A stretch of 64,000 nucleotides of DNA, taken from Candidatus Zixiibacteriota bacterium. Its GTDB lineage: Bacteria > Zixibacteria > MSB-5A5 > UBA10806 > 4484-95. Both the position numbers and the translations under genes were made by a program. Location: assembly GCA_037441845.1 (NCBI GenBank), contig JBBIRK010000005.1, forward strand, positions 192,001-256,000, written 5' to 3'. The notes under the pieces are model-generated. The model was not told the DNA's origin and searched no databases. It was given only the letters and a program-made list of their open reading frames with translations. Position 1 is the first letter of the stretch. The number at the start of each line of letters is the position of its first letter. Shown piece after piece: positions 10,611-20,027 of this stretch.

Positions 10611-11746
10611 TGCTCCTCTCTTATCTTGTTCATGATCTGGTCAGGCGTCATTAGATCACCGTCGTATCGGAACAAGCCGACAACCTTAACGCGATCCTTG
10701 ACCACCCGTCTTACTTCCCCTATCAATTGACCCTGATTCAACTCGGCGACGATGACCACTTTGGCGTTCTTCGTCGCTTCATAGAGTTGCTTTTCGGGGA
10801 AAGGCCAGATCGTAACAGGCTGAAAAAGGCCCACCCGCCATCTTTTCCTGCGCGCGGTTCCCACGGCATGCAAAGCGGCTCGGGCCACGGACCCATAAGA
10901 GAATATTATGACACTGGCGTCATCAATATGAAATGTGCGATAATCGGCCATTTCATCGGCGTGCCGCTCTATTTTCAGTTTGAGTTTGTCGAGTTTGGCG
11001 GCGATCGCTTGATTGTTTGCAGTGGGGAAACCCCTTTCGTCATGCGTCAATCCGGTCAGATGAAAGCGATATCCTTCTCCAAAATTGGCCATGGGCGAGG
11101 TGAAATCCGGTGTTATTTTGAAATGTCGATACCATTCCGGAGGAACGTTCGGACGGACTCTCTCCACCCTGGGCACGGTGTTGAAATCGGGAAGCTCGAC
11201 CAGCTCGCGCATATGACCTATCACTTCGTCCGATAACACGATCACAGGGCTGCGGAACTTTTCGGCAAGATTGAATGCCTTGACCGTTACATTGAAACAG
11301 TCTTTCACCGATGACGGACATAGCGCGATCGGGAAATAATCGCCGTGAGTTCCCCAGTAAGCCTGCATTACATCGGCCTGCGATACTTTCGTCGGCAATC
11401 CCGTCGATGGTCCGCCACGCATCACATCGACCACCACGCAGGGCACCTCGGTCATATAGGCATAACCCAGACTCTCCTGCATAAGGGAGAACCCCGGTCC
11501 CGAAGTAGCCGTCATCGACTTGGCCCCTGCCACCGACGCGCCGATAACCGCTGAAATCGAGCCGATTTCATCTTCCATCTGAATGAACCGTCCGCCATAT
11601 TTAGGCAGTTCCAAAGCCATAGTCTCGGCTATCTCGGTCGATGGCGTTATCGGGTACCCGGCGAAAAATCGGCAGCCTGCGGCCAAGGCGCCGTAGGCGC
11701 AAGCCTGATTACCCTGGAGCAATTTGCGTTTATTGTTTTCTGACAT
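10607..11746 (-). CDS. korA: 2-oxoglutarate:ferredoxin oxidoreductase alpha subunit
   Basis: GYPITPSTE, QMEDE, TSGPGFSLM, RGGPSTGLPT. Confidence 0.92.
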   Translation of the reverse strand: MSENNKRKLLQGNQACAYGALAAGCRFFAGYPITPSTEIAETMALELPKYGGRFIQMEDEIGSISAVIGASVAGAKSMTATSGPGFSLMQESLGYAYMTEVPCVVVDVMRGGPSTGLPTKVSQADVMQAYWGTHGDYFPIALCPSSVKDCFNVTVKAFNLAEKFRSPVIVLSDEVIGHMRELVELPDFNTVPRVERVRPNVPPEWYRHFKITPDFTSPMANFGEGYRFHLTGLTHDERGFPTANNQAIAAKLDKLKLKIERHADEMADYRTFHIDDASVIIFSYGSVARAALHAVGTARRKRWRVGLFQPVTIWPFPEKQLYEATKNAKVVIVAELNQGQLIGEVRRVVKDRVKVVGLFRYDGDLMTPDQIMNKIREEH

Positions 11747-11752
11747 ACGATC

Positions 11753-11983
11753 TCATTTCTCCGTCGATACGATGGCGAAATCCGGGCAATGGACCCAACA
11801 GATCGAACACTGGGTGCAATCCAAGCCATGGGTTATAACCGGATAGCCGTCTCGGTCGGCATCAAACACTTTTTGCGGACAAAGTTCGATACAAATGCCG
11901 CATGCCTTGCACCATTTCTTATAGATAATCACCGGATCAGGGCGGGGTGTGTAACGCTTAGATGATGTCGTCTCTTCCGGCAT
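11753..11983 (-). CDS. korD: 2[4Fe-4S] ferredoxin-like delta subunit
   Basis: CKACGICIELCP and CTQCSICWVHCPDFAI. Confidence 0.9.
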   Translation of the reverse strand: MPEETTSSKRYTPRPDPVIIYKKWCKACGICIELCPQKVFDADRDGYPVITHGLDCTQCSICWVHCPDFAIVSTEK

Positions 11984-11984
11984 T

Positions 11985-12977
11985 TTATCTTTTCTTTCCA
12001 GCAGCGCGTCCAGCGGATTTTCTCTTTGCTGCCGCTTTGGCCGATTTTTTCTTTGCTTTGCCCGTTTTCAGAGTCGCCTTACTTTTCTTGGCCTTTTTCT
12101 TTCTATATTCGGCTAATTTCGCGGCCATTAAAACAGCTATTTGAGAAGGAATCTCAGCGACGGGGATTCCGACGGCGTTCAAAGCTTTGATTTTATCCGC
12201 CGCCAACCCCGATGATCCGGATATTATGGCTCCGGCATGTCCCATTCTTTTGCCCGGCGGCGCGTTTCTACCGGCTATAAAACCGACGACCGGCTTGCTG
12301 ACGTGCTTTTTAACAAATTCAGCCGCCATCTCCTCATCTGAGCCGCCGATTTCGCCGATAAGGACGATTCCTTCCGTGGCCGGATCTTTCTCGAACGCCT
12401 CGAGGCAATCTATGAAGGAGGTTCCTACAATCGGATCGCCGCCTATTCCGATACAAGTCGATTGCCCGAGTTTGTTAATGGTCAGATTATAAACCACTTC
12501 GTAGGTCAATGTTCCAGACCGGGAAACGACACCTATCGGGCCGCGTTCGCAAATGTGACCGGGTAATATCCCGACTTTGCTTAACCCCGGCGAAATCAAC
12601 CCCGGGCAGTTCGGCCCTATCAGCCGGACTCCTTTCATTTTCAGGTAATGATAGGCTTTCACCATATCTTGAGTGGGGACGCCCTCGCTTATGCAAACGA
12701 TCAACGAAATTCCAGCCTCGGCAGCCTCATAAATCGCATCCACGGCAAACGCCGGCGGAACGAATATAATCGAAGTGTTCGCTTTCGTCTTGCCGACCGC
12801 TTCGGCGACCGATTCGAATACCGGGACTCCATGCACCTCCATGCCGCCTTTTCCGGGTGTCACCCCAGCAACGATTTTTGTGCCGTATTTGAGCATCTGC
12901 TCGGTGTGGAATGAGCCGTCTCTGCCGGTAATCCCCTGCACCACGACTTTGGTATTTTTATCTATGAATATAGCCAT
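11985..12977 (-). CDS. sucD: Succinyl-CoA synthetase alpha subunit with a Lys/Ala-rich C-terminal tail
   Basis: [32 protein letters not shown]. Confidence 0.97.
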   Translation of the reverse strand: MAIFIDKNTKVVVQGITGRDGSFHTEQMLKYGTKIVAGVTPGKGGMEVHGVPVFESVAEAVGKTKANTSIIFVPPAFAVDAIYEAAEAGISLIVCISEGVPTQDMVKAYHYLKMKGVRLIGPNCPGLISPGLSKVGILPGHICERGPIGVVSRSGTLTYEVVYNLTINKLGQSTCIGIGGDPIVGTSFIDCLEAFEKDPATEGIVLIGEIGGSDEEMAAEFVKKHVSKPVVGFIAGRNAPPGKRMGHAGAIISGSSGLAADKIKALNAVGIPVAEIPSQIAVLMAAKLAEYRKKKAKKSKATLKTGKAKKKSAKAAAKRKSAGRAAGKKR

Positions 12978-13034
12978 GCCATACCTTCTTGTTTGAAAGG
13001 ATATTCTCCTATTCGATTGTCTTATCCGCGATCT

Positions 13035-14165
13035 TCATGCCACTTCCTTGATAGCCAGTTTTACCGCCTCCTCCATCAAGCTGGTGGCGGGAAAATTATA
13101 TTTTTCGAGAATCTCTTTGGCCTTTTCTTCGTTCGTTCCGGTCAAGCGGACGACTATCGGGACCCGGACGTTCAGTTTTTCCACGGCTCGCACAATTCCA
13201 TTTGCCACGTCATCGCACCGAGTGATACCGCCGAAAATATTGAACAATATCACACCCACCTGGGGATCGTTCAAGATTATTTTCATCGCCGCCAGCACTT
13301 TTTCCGGCGATGACGATCCGCCTATATCAAGGAAATTCGCGGGGCGGCCACCGAAATGGTATACCAGATCCATGGTAGCCATGGCCAATCCTGCGCCGTT
13401 GACACAGCAACCGATATTACCGTTAAGTTTAACGAATGAAAGATCAGCCCGCTTGGCTTCGATTTCCGCCGGGTCTTCGGCATCGAGATCGCGTAATTTC
13501 TCGAAATCGGGGTGGCGCACCAGCGCGTTGTCATCGAGATTGATCTTGGCGTCGAGCGCGATCAATTGTCCCGAGGAATCCGTCACCAGCGGATTTATTT
13601 CCGCAAGTGAGGCATCGCAGCCGAGAAACGCCCGATAAAGTCGGGAAATCATCTCGGCGGCCTGCCGGGCTAATTTGATATCGGAATACACGAATCGAGC
13701 CAGCTTCAAGGCCTCGAACTGCCGCAGCCCAAATATTGGATCGACCGCAAGTTTCATTATTTTCTCGGGGGTTTCCGCGGCGACCTGTTCGATATCTATC
13801 CCGCCCGCAGGCGAAACCATGATCACATTTTTCTTGGTCGCCCTATCGACAATAACGCCGACATAAGCCTCCGATTTGATATCCACGGCCTCGGTAACCA
13901 GCACTTTCTTGACGAACAACCCTTTGATTTCCATACCGAGGATATCCTGGGCATTGAAAAAGGCTTCGTCCGGATCTTTGCAATATTTTATGCCACCGGC
14001 TTTCCCTCTGCCGCCGACATGAACTTGGGCTTTGACCATAACCGGTTTGCCGTATTTCACCGCCAGGTTCTTGGCTTCATCGGGCGAACTGACAACCTCG
14101 CCTTTGGGAACCGGAAGGCCGTATTTGGCGAAAATCTCCTTTGCCTGATATTCATGTATTTTCAT
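13035..14165 (-). CDS. sucC: Succinyl-CoA synthetase beta subunit
   Basis: MKIHEYQAK, GGRGKAGG, EINPL, NGAGLAMATMD, NIFGGITRCD. Confidence 0.97.
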   Translation of the reverse strand: MKIHEYQAKEIFAKYGLPVPKGEVVSSPDEAKNLAVKYGKPVMVKAQVHVGGRGKAGGIKYCKDPDEAFFNAQDILGMEIKGLFVKKVLVTEAVDIKSEAYVGVIVDRATKKNVIMVSPAGGIDIEQVAAETPEKIMKLAVDPIFGLRQFEALKLARFVYSDIKLARQAAEMISRLYRAFLGCDASLAEINPLVTDSSGQLIALDAKINLDDNALVRHPDFEKLRDLDAEDPAEIEAKRADLSFVKLNGNIGCCVNGAGLAMATMDLVYHFGGRPANFLDIGGSSSPEKVLAAMKIILNDPQVGVILFNIFGGITRCDDVANGIVRAVEKLNVRVPIVVRLTGTNEEKAKEILEKYNFPATSLMEEAVKLAIKEVA

Positions 14166-14203
14166 AATTCCTCCGCATAATTTTCAATTAAGAAAACCGG
14201 CGC

Positions 14204-15556
14204 CTATTTGTCAAGCTGCCTTTTGCGAAATATTTCACGAGCAAGCCGTAGAAGTTTTTCCCGATCGTTCAGAGTCGGCTCATCCAAAACTTCTTCAAAA
14301 AGCGCATTCAAAATTACGCCGACCAGCGGGCCTTCCCCGATCCCCAGATGGCTTTTAATATCGTTTCCATCGATCTGCAAATCTTTAAGGCCGAATGCCG
14401 ACTTTTTTTCTATTTCAGCTTTCACCCGGGAACGGAACTCCTCGATCCCTTCCGTGGTTTGACCCATGCCTTGAGCCAAAGTATCCGCCTTTCGTAAATC
14501 GATAAGATCGTAAATTCTATCCACTCCTACCTTGCTTATTAGTCTTCTTATCCCTTTCTCACCTGCATTTTCGCTGAACATATGTTTTTCGACCAATATA
14601 CCGACGGCCTCGATCAAATCGCCGGCATACCGAAGTCGTTTCAGGGCTTTGACGGCAAGGTCGCGGCCCAATCGATCATGCCCGTAAAATGAAGCTCCGG
14701 AATCGGTATCCATCTTTGTCGCAGGTTTGCCGCAGTCATGAAACAGCGCTGCCAGCCGTATGGGAATGGAGCGCGGGGCGTTATCGATAGTCCGCAATGT
14801 ATGTTCGAAAACATCCCAGCGATGATAACCGCCCGGTTGAGTCACTCCGACTGTATTCTCGATTTCCGGCAAAATCCGCCGCAGCAAACCGGTCCGTTGC
14901 ATAAGCCGGAACCCGGGCGACGGCTTTTCCGCCAGAAGCAGCTTGTTGAGTTCGTCGGCGATCCTCTCCGCCGCAACCGTGTCGATAAGATGCGATTGCT
15001 CGGTCATCGCCTTATCGGTGTCCGGCTCGACTTTCAAATTCAACCTGGCCATGAATTGCACACCGCGCATCATCCGCAAAGGATCCTCGACGAATCCGGA
15101 TGGCGATATCATCCGCAGTATCCTATCGGACAGGTCTCTTTGTCCGCCGAATGGGTCGATCAATTCACCGGACAGACAGTCCCGGGCCATCGCATTTATA
15201 GTGAAATCCCGCCTTCCCAGATCGATTTCGAGCGGGATATCCGGATCGAAATCCACCGCGAAATCCCGGTGACCGGCACCGGTCGATCGCTCTTTGCGCG
15301 GCAGCGAAATATCGATCACATCGTTATGACCGAACGGTTTGAACTTGATCACCCCGAACGACTGCCCGACCAAATGAATTTCGCCTCGTTCGCCGAGAAA
15401 TCTTTTCAATTTTTCGAACGGGAATCGGCGGATCAGCAAATCGATATCTTTGCCAGAGGCATTGCCGAGCAAGCTGTCTCTCACCGGACCGCCGACCATA
15501 TAGGCACTTCCGCCTTCGGCAGCTATGTCCCTGCAAAAATCCTCGAGATTAAACAC
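14204..15556 (-). CDS. cca: Class II tRNA nucleotidyltransferase (CCA-adding-like) with HD domain; start uncertain, ORF open to 15643
   Basis: VGGPVRD..KDIDL, DLGRRDFTINAMA, EDPLRMMR, HD domain (EHT..FHDCGKP). Confidence 0.85.
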   Translation of the reverse strand: MFNLEDFCRDIAAEGGSAYMVGGPVRDSLLGNASGKDIDLLIRRFPFEKLKRFLGERGEIHLVGQSFGVIKFKPFGHNDVIDISLPRKERSTGAGHRDFAVDFDPDIPLEIDLGRRDFTINAMARDCLSGELIDPFGGQRDLSDRILRMISPSGFVEDPLRMMRGVQFMARLNLKVEPDTDKAMTEQSHLIDTVAAERIADELNKLLLAEKPSPGFRLMQRTGLLRRILPEIENTVGVTQPGGYHRWDVFEHTLRTIDNAPRSIPIRLAALFHDCGKPATKMDTDSGASFYGHDRLGRDLAVKALKRLRYAGDLIEAVGILVEKHMFSENAGEKGIRRLISKVGVDRIYDLIDLRKADTLAQGMGQTTEGIEEFRSRVKAEIEKKSAFGLKDLQIDGNDIKSHLGIGEGPLVGVILNALFEEVLDEPTLNDREKLLRLAREIFRKRQLDK

Positions 15557-15605
15557 GACTGAATATTTTCCGGATTGCCCGCCGATGCCCTCTTTTTCTG
15601 CGGAA

Positions 15606-16553
15606 TCAAGCGACGATCGTAGTGCCTGATGTTCCTGCCACAACCGCCGCGGCGTTTTCGATCGAGCCGATCAGAACTTTCTTCCCCCCGGATCTTAAAA
15701 ATTCGATAGCCGCTTCGATTTTCGGACCCATGCTGCCGGGCGGGAAATGACCCTCCGCCAAATACTTCTCGGCTTCCTTAAGCCTTATTCGATCGAGGTT
15801 TCGCTGGGTCGGTTTGCTGTAATCAAGGGACACCTTATCTACGGATGTGAGTATTACCAGCAGTTCGGCGTCGATATCGCGGGCGAGCACCGCCGCCGCT
15901 CTGTCTTTGTCGATCACTGCATCGATCCCTATGAAAGCATCGCCTTCTCGTATCACCGGTATTCCGCCGCCGCCGGAGGCTACCACCACGACGCCCGAAC
16001 TGACCAGCTTTTTGATTATGTGGCGTTCCACTATCGCGATCGGCTTGGGCGAGGCGATCACCCGGCGGAAACGATGATCGGCCGGATATTGCTTCATCTT
16101 CCAGCCGAACTCCTTCTGCATCATCTCGGCATCCGATCGTTCATAGAATTGTCCGATGAACTTGGTAGGATCGGCAAAATCGGGATCATTTTTATCCACG
16201 ATCACCTGGGTTACAATTGTCGCCACTTCACGCTGAATGTTGTTTCGCATAAACAGATTCCGCAGCACTTGAGCGATCATGTATCCCATGCCCCCTTGTA
16301 AATCGGCCACGCAAATAAATACCGGCAATTCGGGTGCCTTTCCCCGCGAAAGCTCCACTCTAAGCACCGCGTTCCCGACTTGCGGACCGTTGCCGTGAGT
16401 CAGAGCTACATTATAGTCATCCTTGAACAACTGCAAAATGCCTTGTAGACTTATTTCAGTGTTTATGAATTGATTCGGTATCGTATCTTCTTTATCTTTG
16501 CGCGTTATTGCGTTGCCGCCCAGCGCCACCACTGCGATCTTTTTCCTGCCCAT
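15606..16553 (-). CDS. arcC: Carbamate kinase
   Basis: VALGGNA, THGNGPQVG, PTKFIG, GGGGIPV, AVIDKD, GSMGPK. Confidence 0.96.
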   Translation of the reverse strand: MGRKKIAVVALGGNAITRKDKEDTIPNQFINTEISLQGILQLFKDDYNVALTHGNGPQVGNAVLRVELSRGKAPELPVFICVADLQGGMGYMIAQVLRNLFMRNNIQREVATIVTQVIVDKNDPDFADPTKFIGQFYERSDAEMMQKEFGWKMKQYPADHRFRRVIASPKPIAIVERHIIKKLVSSGVVVVASGGGGIPVIREGDAFIGIDAVIDKDRAAAVLARDIDAELLVILTSVDKVSLDYSKPTQRNLDRIRLKEAEKYLAEGHFPPGSMGPKIEAAIEFLRSGGKKVLIGSIENAAAVVAGTSGTTIVA

Positions 16554-16904
16554 CGTTTCACCACTTTATCCGGTTCACCTTTAGATCTTTTTTTACATAT
16601 TACAGAACCTGCGATAAAAATAAAAACGATTTTTAGGAAATTCAAGGCGCAATCCCCTGGAAACATGGCTTTTTTTCCACACTAAACCGATGCGGACCAA
16701 GCTCTGCGATTTGAAAACGGACAGTTTCGCTTCTCGAATCCGCTTTACGGCGGCGGGCGATTTGGGCGGATTGAATCCGTATTCAAACGCGATACCTGAA
16801 AAGCTCCTCCGGTTAAACCGGCCCGCCAAATTTCCGTAACTTGCTGTTATTCAAGATAATCGGTAAAAACGAAACTGATAAAGCGGAAAATGCCTTTATG
16901 GCCG

Positions 16905-16932
16905 TTGACAATCGGAAAAATAAGTGTATTAT
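16905..16932 (+). promoter_or_regulatory. Sigma70-type promoter for arcE
   Basis: TTGACA-16 nt-TATTAT in the AT-rich intergenic region. Confidence 0.55.
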
Positions 16933-17047
16933 TAACATATGCGTTATTGGTCTAAAAAGCTCTTCGACCATTAAGCTTCCCCCTTCAAACCACTGTAATT
17001 CCTGGTATAGTTTTTAATTTTAGCACTCGGAAAGGGGTTTAATATAT

Positions 17048-18433
17048 ATGATAAGGAAAAGAGTAATAATAATCGGAGCAGCAGGCAGAGATTTTCATAA
17101 TTTCAATACCGTCTATAGGGATAATGCGAAGTATGAAGTAGTTGCTTTCACTGCCACCCAAATCCCGGATATCGCCAATCGTCGTTATCCTGCAATTTTG
17201 GCAGGCAAGTTGTATCCCAAGGGTATCCCGATTTACAATGAAAAAGAACTGCCCTTGTTGATCGATAATTATGACGTGGATGAGGCGGTCTTTTCTTATT
17301 CCGATGTCTCATTCGATCATGTGATGTCCCTAGGCGCGATCGTCAACTCCTGCGGCTGCGATTTCAAACTTCTCGGCACTCAACACACCATGTTGCAATC
17401 GAAAAAGCCGGTGGTCGCCATCTGCGCCGTCCGAACCGGTTCGGGAAAATCGCAAACAACTCGAAAGGTATGCGGGATATTGAAAAAACTCGGCCTGGAA
17501 GTCGTCGTAGTTCGCCATCCTATGCCTTATGGGGACCTCAGCCGTCAGATATGCCAGCGATTTGCCAAGTTTCAGGATCTGGACAAACATCGCTGCACTA
17601 TCGAGGAGAGGGAAGAATACGAACCGCATATAAATAATGGAATGGTCGTTTATGCCGGCGTGGATTACGGGAAAATTCTTCGCCAAGCGGAAAAGGAGGC
17701 GGATATAATCGTCTGGGACGGCGGGAACAACGATCTTCCGTTTTTCGAACCGGACGTGCATATCACCGTAGTGGATCCTCATCGGCCCGGCCATGAGACA
17801 TCCTATTATCCCGGTAAGACGAACCTGTTGCTCGCCGATATCATAGTAATCAACAAAATCGACACGGCGGCTCTCGAGGGGATCAAGGCGGTGCGGGAAT
17901 CGGTAGCTTATTACAATCCCACCGCTGAAGTAGTGGAAGCGGCGTCTCCGATTTTCGTCGATAATCCGGAGATAATTTCGGGCAAAAAGGTTCTCGTGGT
18001 CGAGGACGGCCCGACTTTGACTCACGGGGAAATGACCTATGGCGCCGGAGTGGTGGCCGCCCACAAATTCGGAGCGGCCGGTCTGGTCGATCCTCGGCCT
18101 TATACTGTCGCATCTATCACCGAAACTTACAAGTCCTACCCCAATATCGGAACGCTTTTGCCGGCCATGGGGTATGGGCAAAGCCAAATAAAGGATCTCG
18201 AAAAGACGATCAATCGCGCCAAAGCTGATTCGGTGGTGATCGCCACACCGATTGACTTGAGGAAGCTCATCAAAATCAATAAGCCGTCGACAAGAGTGAG
18301 ATACGAACTGCAGGAAATCGGGCAACCGGACCTCGAGACAATCCTGCGCCGGATGCTGTCGCATAAAAGTGACACGGCCGTCAAATCGAAATCGGCCAAA
18401 AAGAAAAAGCCCGGAAAAAGAACCTCCAATTAA
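17048..18433 (+). CDS. arcE: Arginine synthetase (ArcE) / cyclic 2,3-diphosphoglycerate synthetase-like P-loop protein
   Basis: GAAGRDFHNFN, AVRTGSGKSQT P-loop, RHPMPYG, TIEEREEYEPH, WDGGNND, EDGPTLTHG; divergent from arcC. Confidence 0.8.
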   Translation: MIRKRVIIIGAAGRDFHNFNTVYRDNAKYEVVAFTATQIPDIANRRYPAILAGKLYPKGIPIYNEKELPLLIDNYDVDEAVFSYSDVSFDHVMSLGAIVNSCGCDFKLLGTQHTMLQSKKPVVAICAVRTGSGKSQTTRKVCGILKKLGLEVVVVRHPMPYGDLSRQICQRFAKFQDLDKHRCTIEEREEYEPHINNGMVVYAGVDYGKILRQAEKEADIIVWDGGNNDLPFFEPDVHITVVDPHRPGHETSYYPGKTNLLLADIIVINKIDTAALEGIKAVRESVAYYNPTAEVVEAASPIFVDNPEIISGKKVLVVEDGPTLTHGEMTYGAGVVAAHKFGAAGLVDPRPYTVASITETYKSYPNIGTLLPAMGYGQSQIKDLEKTINRAKADSVVIATPIDLRKLIKINKPSTRVRYELQEIGQPDLETILRRMLSHKSDTAVKSKSAKKKKPGKRTSN

Positions 18434-18458
18434 TACATACCGACAGGAATTTATTACG

Positions 18459-18485
18459 AGGGTGCATATTCCTGCACCCTTTTTT
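18459..18485 (+). terminator. Rho-independent terminator after arcE
   Basis: AGGGTGCA-N6-TGCACCCT followed by a T run. Confidence 0.8.
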
Positions 18486-18691
18486 GCTTATTTGCCTGTT
18501 ATACGCCGACGTCGATAGATGTAACTTCGCAGGACAACCCGTTTCGTTTTGCAACAGCGTCTCCTAAATTGGATTATTCCGGTGTCGAAAATGGCAATAG
18601 GAATAGGCCGGCGAAAAACCAACCAAGCCGAAAAGGGTTCAGGGATTGAAGCCGACGCCGGCCGATAGATACGCTCAGGACAAGGACAGTC

Positions 18692-19540
18692 ATGGCGAAT
18701 TTTGCGCATTTATCGTCAATCAACCAAAGTTCACCGATCGATAACGATCATGGTTTGGTTCATGGAAATTCCATTGGGCCGCTTCTTAATCTCGCCACGC
18801 GAAATGCGCTGGATAATGCGCTCATTATCGCCGATCTCACTCAATTGAGAGCCGACTGCAGCATCGCCGCCCGCTGTGTCGATGACATTCCGGTGGCGAT
18901 CGCCAGCTATTATATGGATCTGCCTTTCAACAGTCTTGCTCTGCTGGCCGACAACAGCGTAGATGCCGGCTATGTGATAAGGGTACTTGCCAACCGTCAC
19001 CCGAAACTGAAAGAAGAGCCGACATGGGGGTTATACACCGAGAAAATAGTTTCATTTATAGAGGCGACGTTCGGGATCATCAATATCGTGCCCGAATGTC
19101 AGATGGTGCTTCGTTCAGATAATATCCCCGAGCTGGCTTTCGATAAATCGCAGTATCGCCTCGAACAACTCACCGCCGCTGATATGGTTCAGATAGCGCG
19201 GCTTTATAGCTTGGTTCCCGCAATGGCCTGGACCCCCAAGGCGCTTAATTTCGGCCCCTACTACGGTGTTTATTACGGGGAGAATCTGGTCAGCATCGCG
19301 GGAGTGCATTTCTCGACAAGGTGGAGCGCCGAAATAGGAAACGTGGTGACCCACCCGAAACATCGACGTTCCAACCTCGCCTACGCTACCACCAGGGCCG
19401 TGGCCGAGGCTTTACGCAAGACGACAGACACGATTTTTCTTTGCGTGATGGCCGACAACGAGCCGGCGCTCAGGTTGTACCAAAAGATGGGGTTCGTTAC
19501 CTACCAGATGCTGTATTTGACGCAGTTCATGATTTCTTAA
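18692..19540 (+). CDS. GNAT family N-acetyltransferase (FR47-like C-terminal domain)
   Basis: EIGNVVTHPKHRRSNLA motif A; NEPALRLYQKMGF motif B. Confidence 0.85.
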   Translation: MANFAHLSSINQSSPIDNDHGLVHGNSIGPLLNLATRNALDNALIIADLTQLRADCSIAARCVDDIPVAIASYYMDLPFNSLALLADNSVDAGYVIRVLANRHPKLKEEPTWGLYTEKIVSFIEATFGIINIVPECQMVLRSDNIPELAFDKSQYRLEQLTAADMVQIARLYSLVPAMAWTPKALNFGPYYGVYYGENLVSIAGVHFSTRWSAEIGNVVTHPKHRRSNLAYATTRAVAEALRKTTDTIFLCVMADNEPALRLYQKMGFVTYQMLYLTQFMIS

Positions 19541-19674
19541 TTAAAAAATAATCGATACGGATTAAAATCGATCTCCATTTTGCCTCGACACCAAACAACG
19601 GAGCATCTGTAATTATATATATATGTGCATCCGAAAAAGCAGCCTGAACGAACCTGCCGATATAATATTTTACT

Positions 19675-19699
19675 GTCATACCCGCGCAAGCGGGAATCC
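19675..19699. repeat. Single REP-like palindromic element
   Basis: GTCATACCCGCGCAAGCGGGAATCC resembles the widespread GTCATTCCCGCGnAnGCGGGAATCC extragenic palindrome. Confidence 0.5.
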
Positions 19700-20027
19700 G
19701 TAAAGGCGAACGCACCCAAAGTTTTGGATTAAATTAGTGAATTAATGATCGAAATGCTCGAATTCTCAATCTCCTTAATTACTGCTTTTTGCGTATCGGG
19801 CGATGTCGATAAGAAATCATTGAGCAAAGAAATATTGTTATCAAAATAAAGTTTCAGAATATCCGCACTTATATTCCAGAAATAATTTGGGTGATACAGC
19901 AAAATCGTAAAAGTTTTAAGCCCGCTGCAATCGGCTCAAACATTTATAATGAGTATTATTATATACCTCCGCCTAAACCGCCCAATAAAGGCATGTCTTG
20001 TTCACCATCTTAAATTTCCACCTCCCC

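Noticed and set aside
16975..17040. Riboswitch in the arcE leader (CCCCTT could pair with AAGGGG at the RBS)
   Set aside because: Only a 6-7 bp pairing, with no recognisable aptamer.
17330..18364. 344-aa antisense ORF, and similar long antisense ORFs such as 6850-7698 and 14738-15562
   Set aside because: They lie opposite well-supported genes and have no recognisable motifs; these are codon-bias shadows.
19636..19650. GCAGCCTGAA resembling a Neisseriaceae DNA uptake sequence
   Set aside because: I noticed only one copy; real uptake sequences would be frequent across 64 kb.
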